Assembly (NCBI RefSeq): GCF_001194135.2
Contig: NC_069000.1
Coordinates: 44,627,175-44,691,174, forward strand
Reading direction: 5' to 3'
From: Octopus bimaculoides
Lineage: Eukaryota
DNA length: 64,000 nt
A program made the position numbers and the translations under genes. The notes below the pieces were generated by a model. It was not told the DNA's origin and searched no databases. It saw only the letters and a list, made by a program, of their open reading frames with translations. The number at the start of each line of letters is the position of its first letter. Positions within the stretch are counted from its first letter, which is position 1. Shown piece by piece: positions 26,801-40,730 of this stretch.

Positions 26801-29800
26801 GTCACAACTTACAGCCTCCGGTGCAAATCATCATGATACAAGTAACTCTTTTCCAATATTCAGATGGCTTCCAGACCATCATTTCAGCTCTCTTTTTTTC
26901 TCCACTACAACTTTAATCTTTATATTCTCCAACACTGTTAACATCAAGCTGTTCCTGAAAAAAGAAGACAAAAAAGAACAAATTTAACCCAGACACCCAG
27001 CATGTATAATATATATACACATAAAAGCACCTTTTGAGTGTTGGGTCTCACGGCAATAGCAAATGACTGAGGCCCTTGGCATTATGTTGTGCTTGAAAGG
27101 CAGCGAGCTGGCAGAAACATTAGTACGAGTTCAAATTTTGCCAAGGTCGACTTTGCCTTTCATTCTTTTGGGGTCAATAAATTAAGTACCAGTTGCATAC
27201 TGGGTCGAACTAATTGATCTCCCCCAAAATTTCAGGCCTTGTGCCTAAAGTAGAAAAGATCATGTTATGCTTGAGAAGAAGACTCAACAACATTATTGCA
27301 CATCTCTTAAATATAGAACTGTAAGACCCATCTTGCCAAGTAAAATTGCAATCATGGCAGATACTGGTGTCACACAAATGGCACGTAAAAGCACCCATTA
27401 CACTCTCAGAGTGGTTGGTGTTAGGAAGGGGCATCCAGCCATAGAAAGCCATACCAAATCAGACTGGAGTCTGATGCAGCTTGCTAGCCCTGGTCAAACC
27501 ATCCAACCCATGCCAGCTTGGACAACGGGTATTAAATGACGATATATATGTACATGTGGGTTTGATGGTACGAATAGGGTTGATAGAACTCGAAACATCA
27601 TCACCACCATTTAACATGTGTTTTCTGTGCTTGCAAGGGTTGGACATGTCAACAGGAGGTGGTGAGACACAGGAGCTGTACCAAGCATCACTGTCTGGTA
27701 AAGTTTCAACAGCTGGGTGCCCTTCCTTGTGTCCAACTTGGTGAGGGTCGGTGACAGAAGGGCGTCCTGCCATAAAAATCTGTCTGACCCGCACAGAGAT
27801 GGGGAAGTGTCTTCTACTACAGCCTTGGACTGACCAAAGCCTTGTGAGTGGATTTGGTAGACGGAAACTGAAAGAAGCCCATCATATATATATATATACA
27901 TATGGCAAATGAAAGACGAAAGATGGAATATACGAGAATGTATTAGTAATCACAATTGTTTCGACACATCTAGCATCGATCTCCCATGGATGGGACTCGC
28001 AACGACTGGTTCAGGAGCATCTGGCAGTATCTCGTCAGGTGATACAGGTGTAAACCAGTCATTTTATTATCCATTATATATATCAACTGCAACAGCACTG
28101 CAGACCATGCCCACAGAGGGCACCCCCGAGTGACCGCGCCCAGGCAGGACTGTTTCATCCACCTGCAACACCTCCATGATCGCTTCAGACCAGCCAGCAT
28201 GACAGCTCACGAGACCATTGGCACAGGACAGTAGTGACCCATCAGTGACGACACGGTACAACATTGACTGGCCACCAACAACCTGCATTGAGGTCATCCT
28301 GCCCGAGAGTCTGTGGCGTGACATCACCCATATTTATACACACACACACATACAGATCTGTATATAATCAAAAGCCAAAATAGTGTTTAAAATATTTACT
28401 TCATCATTTCAAACAAGTTCATCATTTATTCAATCCAATTGATTTTTCTTAAATATGGAAGCATGTACGCACAATAATTTGGTCATCAGTAAACTTGCTT
28501 TAAGAGTTTCAGTTTTATGTGATAAGTTCAAGCTGTCTCCATAAGTTTTTTTTTTAATGTTTTTGTTTGTTTCGCTTTCCTTTTTTTTTTTTCCTTTTTT
28601 TTTTTTTNNNNNNNNNNTTTTTTTTTTCCTTTTTTTTTTTTGTTCTGCTTTTCATGCTAGACATTTTTGTAAACAAGGCAAATCTTTGTTCAATCAATAT
28701 TTGTATCACCCATCACCTTTTGTGATCAACACAGACAAGAAGCCTTAGACTAACCATATACATTATATATGTACATATATACACACACATACATGTATAT
28801 ATACAGTACATTTTATATATATATACAGTAAAGATATACATACACATGTATATGAATAAACATTATATATATGATGTATATATTTATATATATGCACACA
28901 AACATATATATATACATATATGTATGTGCGTGTGTGTGTATATATATATATATATATAATAAAATTCATATTGTCTGGGACTTTCACCTGACCAGTTATG
29001 TAAATCATTGAATATATGCTCAGGTAAAACCTAAATTGAATTTTATAAATTTCGCTCTATTTTCAATGTTGAGCCCCACTACACCCTCCTGTATAAATAT
29101 TCCATTTTTATGCTTAAACTTACTTCAAAACAGTAACCTCTATTCTAATATATGTACATGCATGTATATATATAAAATAATATAATAATAATAATATATA
29201 TATATGAATGTGTATTTATGCTTGAGTGTAAGGTCTTCTCTGTTCCATGTTTGCTTGTTTTTATTATTAAACTTAACAAAAAGGTTTTTTTAAGTCTTTC
29301 TACAGGACATTTTTTTTTTAATTTATCTATTCCCCACCAAAAAAAAAAAAAAAAAAGGAAGAAAAGTATTTCTCTCTTTCTTTCTCTAACATAGAGAAAA
29401 AAAAAGATCTTTTAAAAAGTGAGAGAAAAATGGTAAAAGAAAAATAGCCAAAGTCTTGCTCTACTGAAATCCACAATTGTGGATTTTTACTTATTGACTT
29501 GGCAAAAATCGGAAAGAAAAAAAAAGACATTTTCGCTTTTGCTGCTACCCAAGAATTTGAATATTTGGTAAGGTAAGGAAGAGTGTAAAGAATTTCAGAT
29601 TCAGAGATGATACCTGTGGCTAAGATGGAGAATCTCCTGGTTTTCCCCAGGAGTGAATGTAATGGACGTCACACACATGTAGCTAGTTTGATTTTAATGA
29701 AGGAAAAAAGTTTGTGAGAAAGTTATTTGACATAAAATATCTGGTTGAAGTTCAGTTCAAGTCAGGAAAGTTTGTTCACCATTTCAACAGAAAAGAAACC

Positions 29801-30123
29801 ATTGAATGGAACAGGAGTCTTTGAATAAGCTTTGAATAACAGTCCTTCTCTTGAGACCTCTTGTAAGAGCACAGTGCATTGTTATGGCCTCTCTTCAGTC
29901 TAAATGCAGGGCCTCGTGCTTCAATCCAGAAATCGGAATAAACCAGCTCTTGTTGAATATACAGATAGATTCATATCCAAACAGTTTGCACTTCAGATAG
30001 CAGCAGAGAAAAGGGTTAGAATTGCAAGATTAAAACTTCAGATGAGGCTTCAGGGAAGAGTGCAAGGCAGGGAGCAGGGTGAGAGATGGGGTCTAAACAA
30101 AACAGGTACCAAAATGTCCAAGA

Positions 30124-30873
30124 TTAAAATACTGTGAGAAGGGCAAATACTCCGTAGACTAGAGCACATGGATAGGCAACAAGGAGCTGCTGGTGATCCA
30201 TTGCTAGGGCAGAGACAAACAGCTTTGAGGCCGAGAAACTACACCAGAAAACTGCCATGACAGTTAGGAATATACCAAGGGCTCCCTTCAAAGAGATCAT
30301 GACAGATACAGACGATAGGATAACCATTGGTAATAGACAATAGCCTAATACACTTATTGTACATCCAGACGAAACACCAGTGATACTCATCAAGTTTAAC
30401 AGACCATACATGGCAAGGCATCCTACAACCCCGATACCATAGATGTAACCAAAGTGCAGTTTGCCAGACAGCATCAAAGCAGCACCGAAAGCAATGCAGA
30501 ATACTAAAGGTCCAGCCAGATCAGTGTCCTTCATTATGTTGTGGTCAGCATCTTGTAACGGGTTCAATACGGCCATTGTCTTTTGTGTGATGTGGTCAAA
30601 GTTAATGCCCAATTCTTCCATTAGTGGTGGCTCATCCTCAAAACTGTCTGGTGCTGTAGTCTGGTAGACAGTCGGTTCCGGTGTCATAATAGAACCAAAA
30701 TATGGATCTTGACTGTTGGTCGTGATGTATTCTGTAGTGGTGGTCTGGCTGTAGACAAACTGACCGAACTGAGGTTCCTGGCCAAAGCCTTGAGTGTCCA
30801 TGTTATATCCAGAACTTTGGTTTTCATAGTAGTTGGATGAGTAAAATTCTCCTTCTTGGCCGAAAGAAGACAT
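30124..30873 (-). CDS. YIPF5: Yip1 domain family member 5/7 (Yip1A), ER-Golgi trafficking membrane protein; CDS has no introns
   Basis: 249-aa ORF with the hallmark segments [41 protein letters not shown] and [18 protein letters not shown]. Splice acceptor ctctcttctttccag| lies 22 nt upstream of the ATG (exon starts at 30895). Confidence 0.95.
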   Translation of the reverse strand: MSSFGQEGEFYSSNYYENQSSGYNMDTQGFGQEPQFGQFVYSQTTTTEYITTNSQDPYFGSIMTPEPTVYQTTAPDSFEDEPPLMEELGINFDHITQKTMAVLNPLQDADHNIMKDTDLAGPLVFCIAFGAALMLSGKLHFGYIYGIGVVGCLAMYGLLNLMSITGVSSGCTISVLGYCLLPMVILSSVSVMISLKGALGIFLTVMAVFWCSFSASKLFVSALAMDHQQLLVAYPCALVYGVFALLTVF

Positions 30874-30975
30874 TTTGGAACGATTTTGAGAATATCTGGA
30901 AAGAAGAGAGAAAATAAAAATTATTGAAAATGTTTGGAAAACAGATGAAAATTATGCAACAATAAACAAATTCTT

Positions 30976-31179
30976 TTAACCCTTTTGATATGAACCCAAC
31001 TGAGACTGCCTCTTGTTCTATGATGTAAGCTTTCTGTTTTAAAATAATTTTCCAGCATAATTACATGCTAATTTATTTTCCAAGCACCAGCTTAATAATG
31101 ACAAATTTATTTTACAAAATTCTTCATTATTTTCAAAATTTATTGAAACAAGGAGAACATGTGGCAACAAAAGGGTTAA
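30976..31179. mobile_element. piggyBac-type MITE (TTAA-flanked)
   Basis: TTAA-CCCTTTTG ... CAAAAGGG-TTAA; related sequence at ~47935-48160 and ~4880. Confidence 0.6.
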
Positions 31180-32492
31180 GGTGATCTAAAAACTTTCCAT
31201 CAAAATTTATGTTCCAAACACCAGCTTAAATATTTACAGCTATTTTACTGAACTCTTTGTCATTTCCAAAATTTATTGAAACCGTTGGGCCTCAGAGAGG
31301 CAATGACAAAAGACCAAGACCTCTGGAGATCTGCTGTGATTGAGAAGACCCGGCAAATAAAGTGAGTGCACAGCTGTAACCTACACCAGTGTTGCATAAC
31401 CTGCCCCAGCCCACTCAAAAGTACCTTGGATCGTAGAGCGACATGCCATGCTTGAGGAGACTTATTGAGTCAAGTACATTAAAATCAAATGGAAACTGTA
31501 GTTGTGATTCCCGTGCCGGTGGCACGTAAAAAGCATCATCCGAACATGGCCGATGCCAGCGCTGCCTTGACTGGCTTCCATGCCAGTAGCATGTAAAAAG
31601 CACCAACCAATTGTGGTCGATGCCAGCCCCCTCTGGCCCCTGTGCTGGTGGCACATAAAAAGCACCCACTACACTCTCGGAGGGGTTGGCGTTAGGAAGA
31701 GCATCCAGCTGTAGAAACTCTGCCAGATCAGACTGGAGCCTGGTGCAGCCTCCTGTCGAACCGTCCAACCCATGCCAGCATGGAAAGCGGACGTTAAACG
31801 ATGATGATGAGAAGCAGACGTATGGCAGCAAAAAGGTTAAACTAAAACGTTGAGGGTTAAATGCAAGAAAAATGCAGCACAAATCAGTTTGACTGGACAT
31901 TGAATAAGAGAAATATTTTTGAAAATGGAGCCAAATATGGCCCTCAACTTGAATACATTAAGGTACTTTGATACGGAATTGAAAGAAGAAATGGAAGATC
32001 AAACTAGTGAAGTAAGGAGAAAAGTTCCGAGCAATTATCTTGGATTTAATGAAAAGCAATCACTGACAGATATACAAGAAGAAATAGCTGACATTGTTTA
32101 TCAGAGTCCTTCACTGGTTTAATTGTAGATAAACCAAGTGGTAGAGACATGTGAGGGACATTAGCAGGTTATTGTAGCCATCAGAGTGGTATAGATCTGT
32201 GGAAGGTGGCCAGTAGTGACTGTAGTTAATCCATGTGGTATAGATATGTGATGGGTAAGTACATGTGGCTGGTGGTTGTAGCTAACCTAAGTGATATGGA
32301 TATGCAATTGCAAAACACTTGTGGCCGAAAGCTAAATGAAAGAGTACAGTCATATTATTTGGTAAGTACTAGAGGATAATAATAGATAAACCAATGGTAC
32401 AGACATGTGATAGATAAATACTATTGAGTAATTATAGCTAGATTATAGCTAAATCAATAAAAAGTGTACAGAAAACTTGTCATGAAAAGTGG

Positions 32493-32656
32493 AAAATCCA
32501 ATGTTTTGATCACAGACCTTCTTCAGGGGAAAAACTGAAAGGAGAGAAATTAATAAAAGACGGCAGAGTTTTACATCGTTTAAGTTGAAACATTAATTTC
32601 TCTCCTTTCAACGTTTTTTTCCTGAAGAAGGTCTGTGACCGAAACATTGGATTTTC
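32493..32656. repeat. ~60-bp inverted repeat; each arm carries a hammerhead-like core (Penelope-like relic)
   Basis: Right arm CTGAAGA-A-GGTC-TGT-GACC-GAAAC at 32622-32645; the left arm is its imperfect reverse complement. Confidence 0.6.
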
Positions 32657-33021
32657 TACTCCTAGCAGCAAGTTCAGTGTAATCTTTTTATTGATTTCAC
32701 TATACAAGTCTTGCTGACACAGAACAACACCAGCCTCAATGGAATCTGTCTGATCATAGCTAAGCCAAATAGTATAGCTATATGATGGCAGGAATAATGG
32801 AGAAATGCTACAGGTATATTTTATATTATTTCTTTAGAAATAAAGAAATTTTGTGCACAAACGCAGAAAGAAATTTGGTGCACCAATGCAGTGTTGAGCA
32901 CTCATTCACATGGTTTGACATTTGTGTGTGTGTATAATGATGGATGTAACCACATCAAAGGATAATGAGGAGTAGAGGCAAATGTGAAGAGGTGTACATG
33001 TGTGTGTAGAGTGTACATATA

Positions 33022-33254
33022 CAAGGTTGGCCAAAAGTCAGCTGCCAGTAAATCAAAACCATTTAATTCCAAGATTTATATATGTTTAACGACTGAATGA
33101 ATTTAATAAAAGCATCTTAATATGAAACACCATGAAAAGGATTCAAACTGAAGTCCTTCTTGAGCGACACATTTTTCCATTCGAGTCAATACAGAATTAC
33201 AGATCGCATTTAAGGAAGTTTGATTTACTGTTGGGTGACTTTTGGCCAACCCTG
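33022..33254. mobile_element. Tc1/mariner-type MITE
   Basis: TA|CAAGGTTGGCCAAAAGTCA ... TGACTTTTGGCCAACCCTG|TA: terminal inverted repeats with TA on both sides. Confidence 0.75.
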
Positions 33255-36200
33255 TAGAGGTGTATAAGTAGTAGCATGAGGGTAGTGGTGTACATGTGAT
33301 AGGAGGATGTGTGTAGAGGTATATGTGTGAAGTCATTAGGTACAAATAGGCTCAGTCAGAAACAGGGGATACAGCCACCAGTGCAAGTGCACTCCTACAA
33401 TTTTTGTTGGGACAGTGAATTTGCTTTGAACATCCTCCTGGAAAAACTGGGTTTGTCATCTCTAAGCAAATTTCATTTCCCCATTCATGGACGTACACCA
33501 TTCACTTTGACGAAGCACTCTTGTATCACTTACCTTTCTAACTCCGCTTCTTCACTCAGTCATGTGGCAGACGGTCTGTGGAGGAGAAAAATAAACAACT
33601 TTACTTTTACACAACAGCAACATCACACACACACACAGAGTCGTCATCATTGTCGTTGTTGCCATTGTGTGAAGGTGAGAAACTCAAACTAGCAATATTG
33701 GTAAACCTCAGATAACAATGGTTTCTGGTTTAGGAACAAGGTCAACAATTTTGAGGGAGGGGTGAATACCATCAGCCCCAGTACACGACTGGTACTAAAT
33801 TTCATCAACCCGGAAAGTGAGGAAGGCAAAGTTGACCTCAGTAAGATTTGCAATCATCATCAACATAATAATAATAATAATAAATTGTTTCTTCTCCTAC
33901 TACTACTACTACTAATAAAAATAATAATCCTTTCTACTGAAGGCACAAGGCCTGAAATTTAGTGGGAGGGGACAAGTTGATTACATCGACCCCAGTGTTT
34001 CACTGGTACTTAATTTATCGACTCCTGAAAGGATGAAAAGCAAAGCTAACTTTGGCAGAATTTGAACTCAGAACATAACGATGAGTGAAATGCTGCTAAG
34101 AATTTTGTCCAGCATGGTAAGGATTCTGCTAGCTTGCTGCCTTTATTAATAATAATAATAATAACAACAACAACCCTTTCTACTACAGGCACAAGGTCTG
34201 AAGCTTTGGGGTGGGGAATAATCAATTACCTCAACCTCAGTACTTCTTCCAAAAAGGATGAATGGCAAAGTCAACCTCAGCGGAATAATAATAATAATAA
34301 TAATAATGTTTCAAATTTTAGCACAATGCCAGCGATTTTGAGGGGAGGGGCAAGTGGATTACATTGACTCCAGTAATTGACTGGTTCTTTATTTTAGTCA
34401 ACCTTGGCAGGATTTGAACCCAGAACCTAAAGCTCCAGAAGAAATGCTACATAGGCGCCTGGTGCAGCCTTCTGGCTTGCCAGTCCTCAGGTAAACCATC
34501 CAATCCATGCCAGCATAGAAAGCAGATGTTTGATGATGATGAATGTAATTAGGAGTACTGAGACATAATGTATCTAGGAGTATTGAAACATATTGTGTCA
34601 AAGAGTACTGAGATACAGAATAACTAGATGTACTCAGATAGGGTACACCTAAGAGTATTGACATATTGTGTATCTAAGAACAGTCACACATGGTGTACCG
34701 AAGAGTACTGTATCCAGGAGTACTAAGGCTGGATTCACAATACCTAGGTGCATAGATTTAGAGCATATACCCAAGATTATTCAGACATGGTGCATATGCG
34801 GCGGTGATTTGAAACTGAACCACTAGGTAACTGGTCATGCATCACAATCAAATCATAGTAGTTTCACGTGATCAGTTTTATTAAGCAGCCAATTAGTGTC
34901 AAACCATCGCGTGAGTAAATTTTCAAGAACTTTCTGCATGTGCCCAACATAGAGCCCTTTTTGGTACCAATTCTTTGCAGAGCATTGAGACCAGCAGACC
35001 CATTCACATACATCTCACCTCTTGCAATACAGAACGTTGAGGCAGTCACATGTTGCACCTCCATCCTCACTACATCTAGCTGATTATGACAGATGGCAGA
35101 TAGTCGACAGGAATTTTGATCGCCCTGAATGTATCACAATTGCTTTCCTGTTATGATGGACAAACCACAGATTGCTGTATGAATAAGCTTGGAAACTCCA
35201 AGCAGTATGTCTCTCCCAGTTAGTAATTATTGCTGTGATAATTTGTAAAAGATCAACACAGCTAAAACTCCGTGTGTAATAATAAAATCTGTCAATCGTT
35301 TGCAGGTGTTGTCAGTTATTTCTTCACACGACCCGAGAAACACATTTTCATCCAGCAACTCAACCAGTTATCACCTCAAATCAACCAACAACACTACAAC
35401 TCGCGCCACACCTAAGAGTATAGGCGGTGCATCGAGGAATATTACCAAGACGCGGGATATCTAGGAAGTAGTTTGATATGATGTCTGAGTGAAAAAATTA
35501 AGTCCCCTGGATGCTGGTGTTTTGAGCTCTAGGACTCATGGGGCCAGATATCTGGTTTCCATGGCGAAGAAGTGTCCGACATAACATTCCCGCCAAATGG
35601 GACGCCAGTCCGTCCCAGGATTTACTCGTTTATAGCGGAGTGGACGGGAGCAATGAGAAATGAAATAGCTTGCTCAAGAACACAACGCACCGTCTGGTCT
35701 GGGAATCGAAACCACGATCTTGCGGTCGTGAGTACAACATCCAAACCACCAGGTCACTCACTGTGACATAATATATCGAAGATCACTCAGACTGGGAGAA
35801 TTAAGATGTACAAAATCAAAGAGTACTCATATTTGGTGCATCAAGGAGTACTTACGATAAAATATGTGTAGGTGTCAGACTTGTGTACTTAGAAGTACAG
35901 AAATATCGTACTTTTAGAAAGAGTATGCTCAGACATGGTACATCCTGAGAATATTTGGCAAAGTATAACCTAGGAATATTAAGATTTAGTGCATTTATGA
36001 GTATTCAGACATGGTATAACAGGGAGTACAAACATGCAGTGTGCCTCAGAATGTCTGCAAAAAAGGCCAAGAACACATCACTTCCTGCAGACCAAAACAA
36101 TTCTTAAAAATACATTAAAATATCCGGACTTGATGTACCTTGAACAATAGAATATTATGAAGACTTAGATATAGTGTACCTTGGAGTACAGAAACTTGTG

Positions 36201-36979
36201 CACCTAGGAATAGAGACGTTGGACCAATGAATATCGGTGTGATTCGATATTCCAGTTTTTGTTTGTTTGTTTGTTTTTAAAGGTGGTTTATTTATCTGAT
36301 CGAAAACCAGAAAATGTCAAACTTCAGCGATTTAGGAGGGTGGTGACGGTTTAAAACTACGTAATAACATGGTTATAATAATAATATTAATGCCATAATT
36401 ATCAATATAATATAATTAATTACTAACGTATCTTTGTGTTCAAATAATAATTTAGATGTCAAAATATTATATATATATACATATATATATATATGGCAAT
36501 ATTTGAAAACATGTGAGGACATAGTGTGTGTGTGTGTGTACACATATGTATATGTGTATATATATATATATATAATATTGTGAAATATACTGTAGAAAAT
36601 GATGATATTTGAAGTAATTAGTGATATAAGGAATAGAAAAAAATGTTATTTACCCCAAAATCACCAGCTGGTATGATGACAGAGTGAAGGAGAGAGTGAG
36701 AAGACACGTACACAGAGACAGTAAGAAAGTGGGAGGGAGAAAGATAGATAGAGAATAACAGTGAGACAGAGGTTGCAAGTTTTATACAGAAAGTGTGAGA
36801 GAGTAAAAAAAAGAGAGAGATACACAGCGACAGTTAAAGAGTGAGGGGAAGAGATAGAGTGACAGACAGATAGAAAGTGAGAGTGGGAGAGCGATTCACA
36901 GAGATAGACAAAGACAATAAGAGAGAGAGAGAAGTAGAGATAGAGAGAAAGGGCAAGAGTGAGTGAGAGGCGGAGTAAA

Positions 36980-37260
36980 GTGAAACCAGCCAATCGTCAA
37001 CCTTGACTACGTGGTCGATTTCTCCAAACACTAGAGAGTTTCACTTCCCGCTATAACAGGAAGTTGTTTACGTATTTGGTTTCGCGATTTGTTTTCCGGG
37101 TCCGAGTATTAGGATTCGAACGTGCAACGATGAGTGTCGACCTCCGAGATATTTCTTTTATGATAATATTTAAAGGTTTCGATGAGGCAACATTATTTAA
37201 CTTGTCGTCTGTTTTTAAAGGCAATCCAATGGGAGACACTGGCTTTAGGGAGACACTGCT
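36980..37260. promoter_or_regulatory. CpG-rich island, candidate promoter/first exon of YIPF5
   Basis: Local CpG enrichment and CAGGAAGT at ~37047; it is the nearest such island upstream of the YIPF5 5'-UTR acceptor. The link to YIPF5 is inferred. Confidence 0.3.
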
Positions 37261-39743
37261 TTTATTGGCTGTGAATGTTTTACTTTTTTCCTCTTGATTT
37301 TAACAATTGAGAAACTGGTTAAAAAGAAATCATACTCATAGTTCTAGAGCAATTCTGATCGAATCGACCTAAAGGAATAAAGACGTTCTCCCTGCGCTCA
37401 TCTAGTCTTTTGGTTGTTGTTTTTTCGATATAATTTATGTAGAATGACGTAATACAATGCATTAATTATATATTTTTTGTGGTTGTTAGCAACAAGCCGT
37501 TTCGGCTCACTTGTAAGTTTTGTTTTATATTAACTGTCTTTTCAAGATAGTATATATTTAAGTTCGTCACATCACAGCGTTCAATATACACATTTTTTTC
37601 ACGTCTGGCCTACAGCCCTTCTTGTTTATTTTCGCTGTTTTGTTTTTCTGTCGTGTTTTCTGTTTGCCACTTAACTCCTCCGCATTACAAATTTCATTTA
37701 ATTTGTTTCCGCGGGAAGAGCTATTCTAACAATGCGTCCTACCCTAACACTTCGAAACGCTTAGTTTAGAATAGGGGCAGCTGATGAAGGAAATGTTCTC
37801 TATGTGGCCTGTTTGTTTTCTGTGCTCTGTTTTTCATTTTGTCCACGTTTTTTTGTGACGTTCTGTACCCAGATATGCATCTATATATACATCTAGATGT
37901 AGGTATGTACATACATGTACGTATATATGCATATACTCACATATTATTTGTATTATTATATATATATATATATATATATATACTGTGGCTTTGTGACTGT
38001 TTGTTCCCCACCACTGCTTGATAACTGGTGGCTAATGTGTTTACATTCACGTGACTTAGCAGTTCAGTAAAAGTGACCAATAAAAAAGGAAAGAACTGGT
38101 GTTGATTTGTTTGATTAAAATTCTTCGAGGCAGTGCCCCAGCATGGTCGCAGTCTGATATCTGAAAAATATGAAAGAACCACAAAACTTCTTAGTGAAAC
38201 CTTAAGCTAAGGGAGGTAACTCTTGTTCACCTATCTCAGGAATACTATGGCCCTGAAACCTCTCACAGTCATTTTACCTGCTAGAAATAGCAACCCAAAC
38301 GCTTTTAAATCTAATCCTAATGTTGGATGCTCAAGAACGAAATGAAGGGTAGATTTATAATCCTGATTCCCAAAAAGGTATAAATATGTCTGTGTAGACT
38401 GAGATACTGGGGTCCCAGATGGACAGACAGAATTTTGCTTTCATTTATAGAGATGAGAGTTTGTGCCATTGAGACATGCTACATATGCGTTACGGTCGTA
38501 TTGTTAGGCAATGTTCTGAAGTTGTTGTGGTTGTGGTATGATGGTAGACTTCTTTTGTGTAACCTTGGGACAGCCCTGACTGAGGGGACCCATGGCACAG
38601 AGGTAATCATCAAAATGACTAGGTGTGTCTCACAAAGCCATTCTACTTGTTCTGGCATGCTCTATGGGTTTGTAGAGTGACCAATCTGAACATGTTTTGT
38701 AAGGATTTGGGGCACCCAAGGTAGAAAAGTTCCTTGTGAGCAGTGCCAAGTCTCTCTCTGCCAGTCATTCTATTTTGGTTACTTTCTAGAACTGTGACTC
38801 TCAAACTTTTTAATATCTGGGGCCAGACCCAAACCTGAATTTTTTTTTAGGGGTTTGTACCAAAAAAAGTTAAACAGAAGTTAGTTAAAGAAAAATATGT
38901 TCATATGTTTATAAACTATTGGGGGCCACTGAAAGAATGCCTGAGGGCCACATACAGCCCCGGAAGACAGATGAGAACTGCTGTTCTAGTCTCTGGTGGT
39001 TAGTTATCAGTTGTGATGGGGAAAGGGAACACAATCAGAGCACAGAGCTTAGTATTTCTCTGCCCTTACTATTGGTATCACGCAACCAGCAAAATATTAG
39101 GGGCCAGACAGGTTATACATGTTGCAGCTATTTCTATATGTTTGAAATTTCTTTATTTCATTTTTATTTTGATATTCACTTCCCCACACTTGCATGGGTC
39201 TGGCAGAATTCATTGAGACAAATTTTCTACAGCTGGATGCCCTTCCTATCACCAACCCTCACCTGTTTCCAAGAGATCTAATATTTCTCTATGGCTGGAA
39301 ACAAATGACACCGCTTGGATGATGAGGATGTTTGTTTACAACAGTCGCATGCTGTCAAGACAAGGGGACACGAGCAGGGGAACTGGTTCAATGTAAGATC
39401 AAGCAAACAAGGTTTAAAAAGAAAACAAACAAAATTATTTGTTTTATTAATTTCAATTTTTATTTCCATTATATGATATTTGTATGTCTCCATTTACGCA
39501 TTTACTCCTCATTGGTGTATTTTGGTGTCTGTGTGGATGTATATATGATTATATGCATACATATATTTATCTATATATCTATATGTGTATATATATATAT
39601 ATTTATATATATGTAAATATACACACGTGTGTGTATATATATATATTTATATGTATGTATATGTATATATTTATATATATGTATGTATATATATGTGTAT
39701 ATATATATATTTATATGTATGTATATATATATATGTATGTATG

Positions 39744-39810
<67 letters not shown>

Positions 39811-40480
39811 GTATGTATGTATATGTATATATAAAGGATTCCCAACATGTCTAAGTGAATAATTAATCTGCTCTATTAAAGACAGAAACAAAGACCATAT
39901 TATCAGTTGGGAACTAATTAGTACTGCAAAACCATACAGGCCAGAAACTAATGAATTTTTACCAATTTTTTACATCTAAGCATAATGTAATAAATTCTAG
40001 ACAGGAAGCTTTAAGATGCTTGCATATGAAAAAATTTACCTTTGCTCAATATAAATGAGTAATAAACATCTAAACAACAGAATGTTTGAAATAACTGGCT
40101 ACAAGTGATTATCCAATCAAAACTTGAATTGAAGAGGGTTTACGTCCAAATTAACAAACAACTCCACATTATAAAATGCAGAGTAAATAGACGGAAACCT
40201 TTAAACAGTTACATCAAAGGATATTAAAGTGAAGACCCTGAAGAAACTGCATCGGTATTATAGTAAGGTTGTAATTGAAACAGTTACTAATCAATGCAAT
40301 AGAAACATGTGTAGGTCTATTCGAAGCTGTATAAAAAGGAATTAAATGTAATGCTATACTACTTCATAATAATCCTTATTAATATCATTATATATATATA
40401 TATACATATATAATTATATACGTATATGTCTGTATTACTCATTTTACTGAGACCATGCTGAACTGGATAATCCTCAGGTG

Positions 40481-40521
<41 letters not shown>

Positions 40522-40588
40522 AATTACAATGTGGAAGGCACATATCAGCCTTTCATAAGCACATAGGAATTGTCAATTATTTCCCTTT

Positions 40589-40730
40589 GTCATTTATTAT
40601 ATAAAGTGTTAAAATTTTTGTCATACTATCTGCAACCTGGTCACTGACACAGCTCCATTGTAATTCTGTGTCAGTGACCAGGTTGCAGATAGTGTGATGA
40701 AAATTTTGACCCCCTTATATAATAAATGAC
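40589..40730. repeat. ~140-bp palindrome with a perfect 28-bp inner stem and 13-nt loop
   Basis: actatctgcaacctggtcactgacacag (40625-40652) / ctgtgtcagtgaccaggttgcagatagt (40666-40693); imperfect outer arms gtcatttattatataa / ttatataataaatgac. Confidence 0.9.

Noticed and set aside
31919-32122. 67-aa acidic plus-strand ORF that looks protein-like
   Set aside because: No recognisable family, no clear splice sites and no neighbouring exons.
37064-37297. 77-aa ORF in the CpG-rich island as a divergent gene
   Set aside because: No homology recognised and no downstream plus-strand exons found; more likely promoter or UTR sequence.
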